Part shown: positions 10,750 through 20,000 of the stretch, piece after piece
How the letters are laid out: the number at the start of each line of letters is the position of its first letter
Numbering within the stretch: the first letter of the stretch is position 1
NCBI GenBank assembly: GCA_000934665.2
Contig: JYFJ02001534.1
Span: 56,770 to 76,769 of the forward strand
DNA length: 20,000 nt
Source of the DNA: Catajapyx aquilonaris
Taxonomy: Eukaryota
Reading direction: 5' to 3'
Translations under genes and position numbers: made by a program
The notes under the pieces: generated by a model
What the model was told of the DNA's origin: nothing
What the model saw: the letters and a program-made list of their open reading frames with translations, nothing else
Databases searched by the model: none

Positions 10750-11760
10750 TTCCTGACTGAGCTTTTGGTAGTAGAGTACTTTTTGGACAAATCAAGTTTC
10801 GAATCTTGGGATCTAACTGCATAGTCGATTACCACGGTAGTGCTCATTTGGAGTGGGACTGGCCCCAGCAGCTTTTAATTTCCAAGCAGGGCGAACGTAA
10901 ATTAAATCCTCTCCGAAAACGCACCACCGCAAATGGTTCCCCGGCTTGTTGAAATATACCAATAGCCCCTTTTGCACCATTGGCTAGCTGCCATTGAAAT
11001 TATTGGGTGCAGTTTGGGCCGCACCTAATAAATAACGCGCCACATCGCACTGCAAGATTTTCCGAGTTGAATTCTCCTCCCCCCCCCTCCCCCTCCCCAA
11101 GCACTAGATTATATTTTCACCGCCAACTTTCTACGCAGAAGTTTTGCTGGTTGAGCTTACATCATTATTTCTAAAGTAGGTGGAGGAACTTTACAACATG
11201 CAGCGATGTTTGTCTAGACTTGGGAGTAAGTTATATCGTAAGTTGGGCTTGCTCTTTGGCAGCAAGAAAGAGTCGCGTGGTATGGCCACAGCCTGCTCAG
11301 TATTTCCAATAGGGTGCATGTCAACAATGGATGGAATTTGTCAAATTGGCATTCGAGAAGGGTGAGTCCCGAAAGATATCAGTTATGTCAATTTATGCGC
11401 TATGGGAGATGCGACTTTGGAATTTCATAACAACTAATAGAGCGAAATATACTGTTATTTGCAATCATCATTTTTGGATAGAAGAATGTTGCTCGACATA
11501 CATAGGTGGATTGTATTGATTCATGGGTATAGGTTCATAGAAATTGCAAGTGGATGTTATAATAATGTTGACTGCTACAAGACCAAAGTACTCGACAATT
11601 TTTGGTTTGAAAGACATGAATTTTGGTTTTGGAATAGGCAGGGGAATCGACCTACCTGCCCCCTGGCCACCATATATCAATGAGCTGAAAAATTCTATTA
11701 ATACACAGTGCGCCTAAAGTCCAAAAAGGCGGACTACCCCGCTAATAAGATTCAACATAT
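10750..11760 (-). pseudogene. Decayed intronless Pif1-family helicase (probably from a Helitron-type element)
   Basis: Degenerate motifs appear in order: NLISGVVRLFGL (~11752-11717, motif Ib-like), FG..NIII..NFYEPIP (11587-11525, cf. FGG..GDFxQLPP), LEILSRL (~11310), NNDV..KVGGE (11169-11116), LANGAKG (10987-10967, cf. LVNGARG), VVRF (10927-10916) and YAVRSQDSKLD (10823-10791, cf. AxTIHKSQGxTLD). Confidence 0.55.
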
Positions 11761-11840
11761 CAATCAATCAATTATTATTTCTTCTCAGTGATAGGCTTCC
11801 CTGAGGGACACTACTCCATACACTAAGTTATTCATTTATT

Positions 11841-12198
11841 AATAACACTATGCAACAAAATTTGACTTTTTTTCTGTCCATGCAAATTCATCGTCATATT
11901 CGTGTTCCTTAGGTCACAAGTAACTCATAATGGGCATTCATTTTGTCTTCGATTTGTTTTTGACCTCGGGGCAGTCAAAAAACCAGTCCTTAAATACTGT
12001 ATAGCCGTTTTTTCTCAATCAAGTGGGCCTAAATGTTGCTAGACCTTCTCGGATTTTTCTGAAAATAATCACAGCAGTACACACCTATGCTCAATCAAAG
12101 ACAAAATGAATGCCCATTACGAGTTACTTGTGATCTAAGGAACACGAATATGACGATGAATTTCCATGGACAAATATCGTGTTGCATATAGTGTAATT
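11841..12198. mobile_element. MITE-like element with long terminal inverted repeats
   Basis: 80-bp inverted repeat at 11875-11954 and 12093-12172 with 4 mismatches. A weaker outer inverted repeat is also present (AATAACACTATGCAACA at 11841-11857 and TGTTGCATATAGTGTAATT at 12180-12198). Confidence 0.8.
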
Positions 12199-12469
12199 AG
12201 ACATGTAGTGTCAAATTGTAGTAACAAACAAATGGTAGGGAGGGGGAGTAGGCCTACTATATGTACAATCAGATTTAGATTCAACATAACTTCAATGAAA
12301 ACCATAACACAAAAAGTCATAATTACTTTCTCACCTGTAAACATACTAACAAAAAATGATCAATACAGTAAGTTACATCCAATAAGTTATATATATTTAT
12401 ACAGGAGCTGATATGAGTTAAACGACACTATATTGATTAACGAAAATAATTTGACTACTAAATTGAAGA

Positions 12470-13180
12470 AGGAACCTTTTGAACTTCATTATTAATTAAT
12501 TTCATCATGAATAAACCTAATCGATTTAAAAAATTAAAAAATAAAGCACTGGCTGTCAAGCACACCTTTTCCATTGGATCAAACGCATCCTTGTGCTACG
12601 CAACAAACAGCACAAGAAAGTTTTTTTTCTAAATTCCAATTTTACTTTCTGGTTAAGTGATGGAATATTGTGATGACGGTATGGCGACAGGATACATTTG
12701 CCAATACCTTTCTCGAAAGATAGTACATGGTATAAAGCAAAATAATGAAGCCCTCTGATTACGTGTTGTCATAGTTGTGTTTATTGCAATATGAAAAGAA
12801 TTGTATGGAGCGGTAGCAATGTTATTCGTTGGTACTCTTAAAGAATTAACCATGTAAAGATGCACAAAATATTTCATAGAATGATAATTATATATTAATT
12901 CTGCATGAATGTGACATTAAAAATGAAATAGCAGCATAAGTAGTTGCCCTTTTATTATTTACTTGGTGATCCAGATAATTATGTATACTGACATAATGTG
13001 AGAAATGTGCATGACCACACAATGCTTTATAAAAATCAGAACGTTTATAAACTGAACGTGTCTTCCAGGTGGAAATAACTTGTAAATTACTGTGTACATT
13101 ATCTCCAATTATGACTCTTATGCATATCTTGCACTTGATCATATACTATTTTTTCCGCCAATCATATTTTGGCATGTACG
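12470..13180 (-). pseudogene. Possible decayed hAT (ZNF862/ZMYM1-like) transposase with TTF-type zinc finger
   Basis: FPY..YD....MIKCKIC (CxxC at 13133-13122) is followed by YKRSDFYKA (13049-13023), which becomes HxxSxxHxA if two TAT codons were once CAT. Further on are SPY ~12685 and TASALF..LNRLGL..KL (~12556-12495). Confidence 0.35.
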
Positions 13181-13667
13181 GAAAGTGGCCACATCTGGAT
13201 GGTTACGAATGGTTTTTGTTGCTATTGTTACATTTATGACCTGCTTGCTGGGAAGCCAATCTTTTGTCACACATTCCCCAACTATTCTTCATTTCAGTCT
13301 ACCTAATTAGACAGTCAGTTTTACACTTTCTAAGAACACGGATTTTTTTAAGCAGCCATTCCTGTCACTACAACTGCAATCCTAATGCAGACCCAGCCAT
13401 CTTTTCCACATTCTAAAATCCCATTCATCTAAAATATATTGATGGCAGTGCTTCATCGTGACAATATTAAGTTTGCACTATTCCGTGCACAGATTATTAC
13501 GATATGCCACAAATTCGGAAAAAAATGCGTGGATATCCTGTATCACCCAATATCGAATTTTTGCTGACTAGAAATAAGCCTCTCAGATCCAGAGTGAACC
13601 ATCCCAGAAAGCCTGCAGATTTTATAGTTGCTTGTATACTGTTTAGGCTTGCAATAGGACTACAGTA

Positions 13668-13804
13668 CTATCGGTCTCAATTAGTTTCGGCCACTTTATC
13701 CTGGTTTTGAAGCAACCCTTCTCACAGCCCCACGGCGAGGAGGTATGTGTGTGAAGGGTTGCTTCAAGACCAGGATAAAGTGGCTGAAACTAATTGAGAC
13801 CGAT
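13668..13804. mobile_element. Palindromic MITE, family B copy 3 (inverted relative to copy 1)
   Basis: Same CCACTTTATCCTGGTYTTGAAGCAACCCTT core arms. The loop is the reverse complement of the copy 1 loop. TA on both sides, with the right terminal AG missing. Confidence 0.85.
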
Positions 13805-14266
13805 TACATACTCTGAAAAACCATGTTTTACTAATCAGTCCATATAGCAAGACATTTTTTGCGGTTAAAACAGTACTTTCCTTACTTACCCTGTATTTTT
13901 TTATTAATATACATTTAAAATACCTCACATAAAACTAAAATAGGTGGCTGCACATTTCTTATCCGGAAAAAATTCCTCCTAATTTTTACTCACTCAAAGA
14001 GTCTATTAGGCCTAATAATCATTTTCCTAAACTTTGGTAAAGTTGAGTAGCCGGTAGGAAGAACGAGAGAGCCATAAAAAAAAGTGAATCGATAATCTCT
14101 ATTTTGGATGGTATGATTGCTCTGAAATTGGTGACCTCCTCCCATCCCACTTCTTCCTGTTCACCCGAATTGGTTAGAAGAGCTCCTCCATATTCCCCGC
14201 AAGGCTCTTCTCTCTTATCATGCTTTTATTGGCGGAAACGGAACTAGACTTTCTCAACTTGGGGGG

Positions 14267-14275
14267 NNNNNNNNN
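14267..14275. other. Assembly gap (9 N) inside a poly-G run
   Basis: Literal Ns flanked by G homopolymers. Confidence 0.99.
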
Positions 14276-15376
14276 GGGAGGGGGGGGGGGCGATAATAAG
14301 ACTAGCTGAAGGCGACCTCAGACTCTCCTTTGCCTATTGGCTGCCTGCAAACTCCAACTTTGTATTGGTAGGAGTTTGGGGAAAGAGGGGGAGGTGGTAG
14401 AAGTGCAGTCTTCCCGAAATTGGCTCCGTGTTGTCTTTTACGAGACCCCAGTTCCAGTAATTACAAGAATATGGGCTTTGTTATGGAGGGAAAAGGAAGT
14501 GGATGTTAAATGAAATATCCTTATGGCAAAGAACCAATGAGCTTATTATCTGATTCTCATTGCACGAAGCACTGTTCTGAGTCCTTAATATGTGCAGCTT
14601 GGACGGGTGGAACGATCTACTGTACGGTTGTAGAAGGTTCAATATTCGCGAGATGGTTCATTGGCATGATTAAAATCCGCCATTGTTGTGTATGGTTTGG
14701 AAATGATTAGTGCACACTTTCTAAGATTGCATGAATATAACATACACGTACATGGAGAGTACAGTACCGATACCCAATATAGGCTATGTGCATACACTGG
14801 TACTTGGTGCAATTGTACAGTACATTTGACATTTTGAGTACTGTTACGAATGTATATATTAGCAGACTTTTTGCTACTCATAGCTTTTAATATAAGGCGC
14901 CGAATAGTTACATACACTATTATGAAGTTGTAAATAGGCGTAATATAAATATTACGATAAAATGAGACTGTTCCAAATCGTCATGCCCGAGCCATCTACC
15001 GGTAAGTCATTAATATGAATCTCTACGTCTGCCATCTGTGCTCTGTTTGAAACACTACAATCCCGCTGGGTTTAAAATATTGCAATTTTTCTTTTCCTGC
15101 ACGAAGTTTACTTTTAATCGTAAATTATATCAAAGTCCTATACATACTCTCTCACACACATATATTGCCTTCAACATAATCATTTTTTTTTTCAACACAA
15201 GTTATTAAGGCTATCGATTCACGCAGAGGTTTCATCTTTGACCAACAGATGGTACTGCAATTCGGAATGGCCACCAATGTATCGATCGTTGTAGACCACA
15301 CCTACTAGCTCTGGCTTGAAATAGGAATTTCCAAGCACCTCCCTTGCTCCATAGGCCCCGCCTGTGGATGCAATTT

Positions 15377-15474
15377 GGGGCGGAGGTTGCGTAGTATGTC
15401 CTGAAAGAACATCGCTGAAGTTCTTTGGCAGCCATTTTGTGCCAACGACGGCCATCTTTGTCGCACTGCGCATG
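15377..15474 (-). promoter_or_regulatory. Promoter/start-like motif cluster (YY1-type, NRF1-like, GC box)
   Basis: AAGATGGC (15458-15451) and AAAATGGC (15438-15431) each overlap an ATG. TGCGCATG lies at 15467-15474 and GGGGCGGAG at 15377-15385. Confidence 0.3.
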
Positions 15475-15498
15475 ACACTTTCTTCATACGGAATATCC

Positions 15499-15504
15499 TT
15501 TATT
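15499..15504 (-). promoter_or_regulatory. Candidate polyadenylation signal of the acyl-CoA synthetase gene
   Basis: AATAAA on the minus strand, about 70 nt downstream of the TGA stop. Confidence 0.55.
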
Positions 15505-15575
15505 GAACTGACATATTATAACACATATACATCTTAAATGGTGACAATGCAGTTACAGCGTACTGCGGGCAATGT

Positions 15576-15721
15576 TCATGCTTGACCTGTGCTTTGACAC
15601 ACTGATTTAATGACATGTTGTTGAATCAGCGCCTTTCGACTGACTTTTCCGGTACTGCCTTTGGGAATTTCGTCCACGAAATCAACGCCACCTCTAAGTT
15701 GTTTGTAGCCTGGAAGTCGTT
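15576..15721 (-). CDS. Last coding exon of a luciferase-like / 4-coumarate-CoA ligase-like acyl-CoA synthetase (AMP-binding C-terminal domain)
   Basis: Acceptor ttatAG at 15723-15722. With the phase-1 join it reads ERLPGYKQLRGGVDFVDEIPKGSTGKVSRKALIQQHVIKSVCQSTGQA-stop (TGA at 15578-15576). KQLRGGVxFVDEIPKxxTGK is the A10 catalytic-lysine motif of luciferase/4CL enzymes. Confidence 0.93.
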
Positions 15722-15897
15722 CTATAAGAAAGCAAACAATTTTAATTTAGGGTATAAACCTGCAATAGTTTTTAGTACACTCCCATCAATGTAACGTCTA
15801 AATTGATGTTACATCTCTGAAAAATGTAAAGGTAATATAGACGTTACAGGATGAAAGACATTTTTCTTTTGCAAATTTTCTATAAACTAGTCGTTAC

Positions 15898-16066
15898 CTT
15901 TCATGTAGTCTCTAATAGTTGCCTCATCCACCTTATCATCTTTTCGTACGATGTAGGCTCTTGGAATGTAATTGTCTGCCCCCCTCTCAGTTGGTACACC
16001 AACTACGCAAGCTTCTTTGATGGAGGGATGGTTTTCAAGAACCTCTTCCAGTTCCGTTGGGGATAT
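15898..16066 (-). CDS. Internal exon of the luciferase-like acyl-CoA synthetase
   Basis: Acceptor AG at 16068-16067 and donor GTAACG starting at 15897. The 169 nt read ISPTELEEVLENHPSIKEACVVGVPTERGADNYIPRAYIVRKDDKVDEATIRDYMK, matching the PxELExxLxxHPxIxxAxVVG motif. Splice phases fit both neighbouring exons. Confidence 0.93.
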
Positions 16067-16355
16067 CTAATAGCGCCAAGAAATCAATGTATGGGCCATT
16101 AAAAGTGTCGACTTCTAGACATCAACTGACCGGATCCTGTTTTATACACATGACATGTTGTTTTTTTAAATTTTGCATTCCATTCTTTATACTCATAATA
16201 ATCAGCTACTTTATGTGCAGTGAATATATTGATTGTGATAAAGCTATTAGACTCAACAGTATAATATACGGGCCCCAGTCGGAAATGTAGAACTTATCCG
16301 TCAAATTAAAAATAATATCTTTGCACAACCATGTATCTGATCCATTTACACTTAC

Positions 16356-16580
16356 GTGGTAATTGAGGTACTTGAATGTTTCCTTGACTCTATCGACAAA
16401 GTAATAGAATCCGTCACTGTCGTAGTAAAACAAATCACCAGTGTGAAACCACTCCCCCTTCTTGGCCTTGGCTGTCTCATCCGGTCTTGCAACATACTCC
16501 TTGAACACAGTCGGACCTCGAATACATGCTTCACCTACTTGATTTGCCTCTACTGGTTCGCCACTATTCACATCTACTAA
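16356..16580 (-). CDS. Internal exon of the luciferase-like acyl-CoA synthetase (A6-A8 motifs)
   Basis: Pyrimidine tract plus CAG acceptor (AG at 16582-16581) and donor GTAAGT starting at 16355. The 225 nt read LVDVNSGEPVEANQVGEACIRGPTVFKEYVARPDETAKAKKGEWFHTGDLFYYDSDGFYYFVDRVKETFKYLNYH, containing the GExxIRGP, WFHTGDL and VDRxK motifs. Confidence 0.95.
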
Positions 16581-16665
16581 CTGGGGGGGAGGGGGGGGGG
16601 TAATAATCAAATTACAACAACATAAGTGTAAAGACATTTTCAGGAGTTATTATTATTAACGTTAC

Positions 16666-16715
16666 CTTCACGTCAATAATGTTGAGAGGTTTCCCCACGC
16701 TCTTGATAGTATATC
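16666..16715 (-). CDS. 50-nt exon of the luciferase-like acyl-CoA synthetase; exons further upstream were not found in this window
   Basis: Acceptor ttttcAG ending at 16716 and donor GTAACG starting at 16665. It reads (x)YTIKSVGKPLNIIDVK and joins in frame to LVDVNSGE, giving the canonical SVGxP...KxVD segment. The intron is 85 nt. Confidence 0.88.
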
Positions 16716-19029
16716 CTGAAAATAAATTTACTCATTCTGTTACCACTGGTGGAGGCCATTTTAGATCTATATGAGTCATTTTCCGGCATTTCGTCCTCAA
16801 TGTGTGCTTTAGAGAGCCAATGTGTAATTGTTTGCGAGGGTCGCGGTCGTGTGGAAACAAACAAGCTGAATTCGACTGGCGGGAATGGCTCAATTTTGGA
16901 ACCACTAGAACTAGAATCCCCTCCATCAGTGACCTTGCTTCAAATACTCATTTTCCCTTCCCGGTCGGTAGATGCCACCTACTCCCTCAAAGTGCCCTCA
17001 ACTATACACCTAGGTACATTAATTCTCTGCCCCCAACAGGTGGTGGCGCTTGTGTGCTCAACAATTAACTCGCCCACAACTTAACAATGGACACGTGTGC
17101 GGAGACAGTCAGATGTCAGGGAGGTTCTGAACGCCTTGCCTGACCCAGCGCAATTTCTGTCCATTGCGTCAATCCTCCAGGCCAATTGCTAGGACCATGA
17201 TATTTCCATGTTCGCCCTCCTGAGTGTTGATTCAAATGAAATCATTAGGGAGGTCATAGGTCATAGTCTGTCTAGTTAATTGCTTAATTCTCAAGCGCTT
17301 TCCTGGGCACGGGGTAATCCCTCTACCTACTTTTATGCCAAAACTTCGGGCGATATTAGTTATAAATAAAACGACCCACGAACTTGGAACACTCTGTATA
17401 TGGGTGATTCTCCAAAAACTTACCATTTTCAAAGGAAAAATTAATGAATTTCAAAACTTGTTTTTAAAATCTGGAAAAATTCTCACTTACTCTACATGAT
17501 ATTCAGGGAAAAATGTGGGGAACTAACTCTCATATGATAAAATGGTTGAAACCTTCCGGGATTGATTTTGCAGTTAACCGAAATTATTTTCATTGGAAGT
17601 TGTTCCTCATAATATTATATCAAAAAGTGAAACTCAGTTTTTAAATATCTGTCCCCAAAGTAGTGAAAACCCGAGTCGAGAATTTGGAATATTGTTGCAC
17701 TTGAAATGACAACAGTGGGCACTAAAAAGCTGCCGGAATTTTAATATTAATTTTTCAGACACTAGTTGATGAAGGACAATTTTTTGAGTCGCATCTTGTT
17801 CAAGAACGATAATCTTGTTAAAATTTTAACTGCACGCAACAGTGTAATGTTCCATTTGCAGTGTTACCACATTGTGCAAGTTTAGTAGGATACATGCCTA
17901 TCCTTCAGCAGATACACGCCTAGGAGTAGCCAATCGGAGTCGACCGTGACATCAGACATTGACGACTCTCTCCCTCGAGTCTCTCTAACTCCTGGCACAG
18001 AAAATGCCAGGAGAGTGAATATTATTTCCAGGAGTTCGGGAGCCAGAAGAATGACCTATGCATGCAATAGGATTAATATCAAGGTCCAGAACAAACGCTG
18101 ACTATGGAAATTTCTGTGGGTTCATGACATCCCTTCATGCCATGGAATCACAGTTATTTCAAAACATTTAAGCTATTTTGTGACAGAAAAATGAGCCAGG
18201 AGTGCTGAGAATGCAAAATGTGCCACATTACTTAATTTAAAACGCCTTAATTTTTCTTAACCCACTAGAAGACGTACCCCTTGCACATCAATCTGTAGTT
18301 AAATCAAGGTGTCATGGAGAAGCAGTGTTGACAAATAACTGAGTAAAAAATCCCTTTGTTTCACTGCAAATTTTAAAATAATATCCTGATCCATGGAGAG
18401 TAACATGAAAACTCGGGACACACTTTGGAGTGATGCAGCAAGGTCATGTCAAATGAACAAATCGTTTTAAAAATGTTGTTTTATATACCTTCAACTATGT
18501 ACAATTTAATTATAGTATTGAAACTTGTCTAATGTTAATAGTCCGGAGGTTAAGCGACTTCACCTTGCATTTTGGTATTAAAGCATGCCGCTTTGCTGAA
18601 TGACAATACGGACCCTCCTCTTCATTTTAAGAAATGTTGCCACGGTCGGAACCCGTGCAGAGGCACGATATACAGGGTGCCAACAGCTCAGGGACCGGTA
18701 TTGGTGAAACCCGATTCTGAACGACATAAATGTCCGATCGACATCGGGTTTTTTACCAGTTGGGGCGGGAATGGATGCCGGACTATTCCCAATCAAAAGT
18801 TATCCTCAAATTATAATTTTCCCGCCAAAAATAAATAAAAAAGCGCAAAGTGTAGTTCAAAAAAATTCAAAAAGGTCCGATGATCTGGAAACCCGTTGAA
18901 GCACCGTAGAAATGTGTAGAGATGAAATAGAAGCTCTCAATTTCAGGGTTTCTAATGATGTACTCCAGATGCCTGTGCGATAATTAGAAACCCATTAATC
19001 CCCGTAAACAAGATGGCCGGCGCGTGGCG

Positions 19030-20000
19030 CCTTGCACACCTTTACATGAGTAAGGGCCTTGCATTCGGTGATAAAACACTGATAAAACATGAAACTCGGC
19101 CCAATTGGCCTTTGGACACTACTGAACATGTCTGGAAGTGAGGCCACTATGGATGACCCCGCTGGGGGTCACTCGCAGGGTTGCCAGATCTAATGGGTTC
19201 TCTAAAGTAAACTATGTGAATATAGGGAGCTTGCATTCGGTAATAAAAACGTGAAACTCGGTACGGTAGTTCTTTGAACACATCTCAACATATCTGGACG
19301 TGGGGTCACGGTGGGTGACCCCTGGTGGCCTCGCCAGGGGTCACTATCGCGGAGTTGCCAAATCGAACATGCGTTGCACACCTTTACATGAATAAGGGCC
19401 TTGCAGTCGGTGATAAAACACTGATAAAACATGAAACTCACCCCAATTGGTCTTTGGACACTACTGAACATGTCTGGAAGTGAAGCCACTATGGATGACC
19501 CCGCTGGGGGTCACTCGCAGGGTTGCCAGATCTAATGGGTTCTCTAAGTAAACTATACGAATAGGGAGCTTGCATTCGGTGATAAAGACGTGAAACTTGG
19601 TACAATATAGTTATTTGCACACTTCCGAACATATCTGGACGTGGGGCACGATGACCCACCCCGAGGGAGGGCACTATCGCAGGGTTGCCATATCTAACAA
19701 ATGTGCAACATGTGTTTATAATTGAATAATGAGCTTGCATTCGGTGGGTCATCGTCGCTCCACGTCCAGATATGTTCGGAAGTGTCCTGAGAACAATTCT
19801 ACCAAGTTTCACGTCTTTGTCACCAAATGCAAGCTCCCTATCAAAATATAAACGCATGCTGCACAGTCTGTTAGATTTGGAAACACCATGATAGTGCCCT
19901 CCATCGGGGTGGGTCATCGTGCCCCACGTCCAGATATGTTCGGAAGTGTGCAAATAACTATATTGTACCAAGTTTCACGTCTTTATCACCGAATGCAAGC
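19030..20000. repeat. ~170-bp tandem repeat with dimeric higher-order structure and an internal inversion
   Basis: The anchor CTTGCA(T/G)TCGGT occurs at 19058, 19230, 19400, 19569 and 19734 (spacing 172, 170, 169, 165), and alternate monomers are most alike. After ~19745 the monomers are reverse-complemented, with anchors ending at ~19833 and ~19999. Confidence 0.93.

Noticed and set aside
11180..11361. Plus-strand exon with AG and GTGAGT boundaries
   Set aside because: The peptide is unrecognisable, no partner exons were found, and the region is better explained by the minus-strand helicase fossil.
14983..15007. ATG CCC GAG CCA TCT ACC G|GTAAGT (histone H2B-like start)
   Set aside because: Only six codons, with no histone-fold continuation. 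The nearest acceptor leads to an early stop.
3413..17398. Mariner-like ends TA-CAGGGTGTTCCA (3413) and TGGAACACTCTG-TA (17398) as one large element
   Set aside because: Similarity stops after ~12 bp, so they are more likely orphan ends of separate families.
18257..18553. piggyBac-like TTAA-CC...GG-TTAA element
   Set aside because: The putative termini do not match beyond 2 bp.
16716..19030. Further upstream ligase exons (YGxTE motif)
   Set aside because: No matching motif was found by eye, so they probably lie beyond the window.
19202..19971. ORFs of 95 and 160 aa
   Set aside because: They are translations of satellite monomers.

Overview
Eukaryotic, most likely invertebrate animal, genomic DNA dominated by repeats and containing one 9-N gap. 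The only well-supported host gene is the 3' part of a minus-strand firefly-luciferase/4-coumarate-CoA-ligase-like acyl-CoA synthetase (ANL superfamily). Four spliced exons (16666-16715, 16356-16580, 15898-16066, 15576-15721) join in frame through GT-AG introns and are followed by AATAAA. Short mobile elements include two tRNA-headed SINEs (one with a 16-bp target-site duplication), a Deu/Nin-domain SINE fragment and several palindromic MITE-like elements. Four heavily decayed transposon ORF fossils were read by eye across frameshifts: Ty3/Gypsy RT-RNase H, an APE-RT LINE, a Pif1-type helicase and a hAT-like transposase. A ~170-bp satellite with dimeric higher-order structure flips orientation near 19745. 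The most unusual structure is at 8619-8996, where three different foldback elements abut, each separated by a single TA and all sharing a terminal motif plus a fixed-distance ATCCTG. Fossil calls are motif-based and need profile searches.
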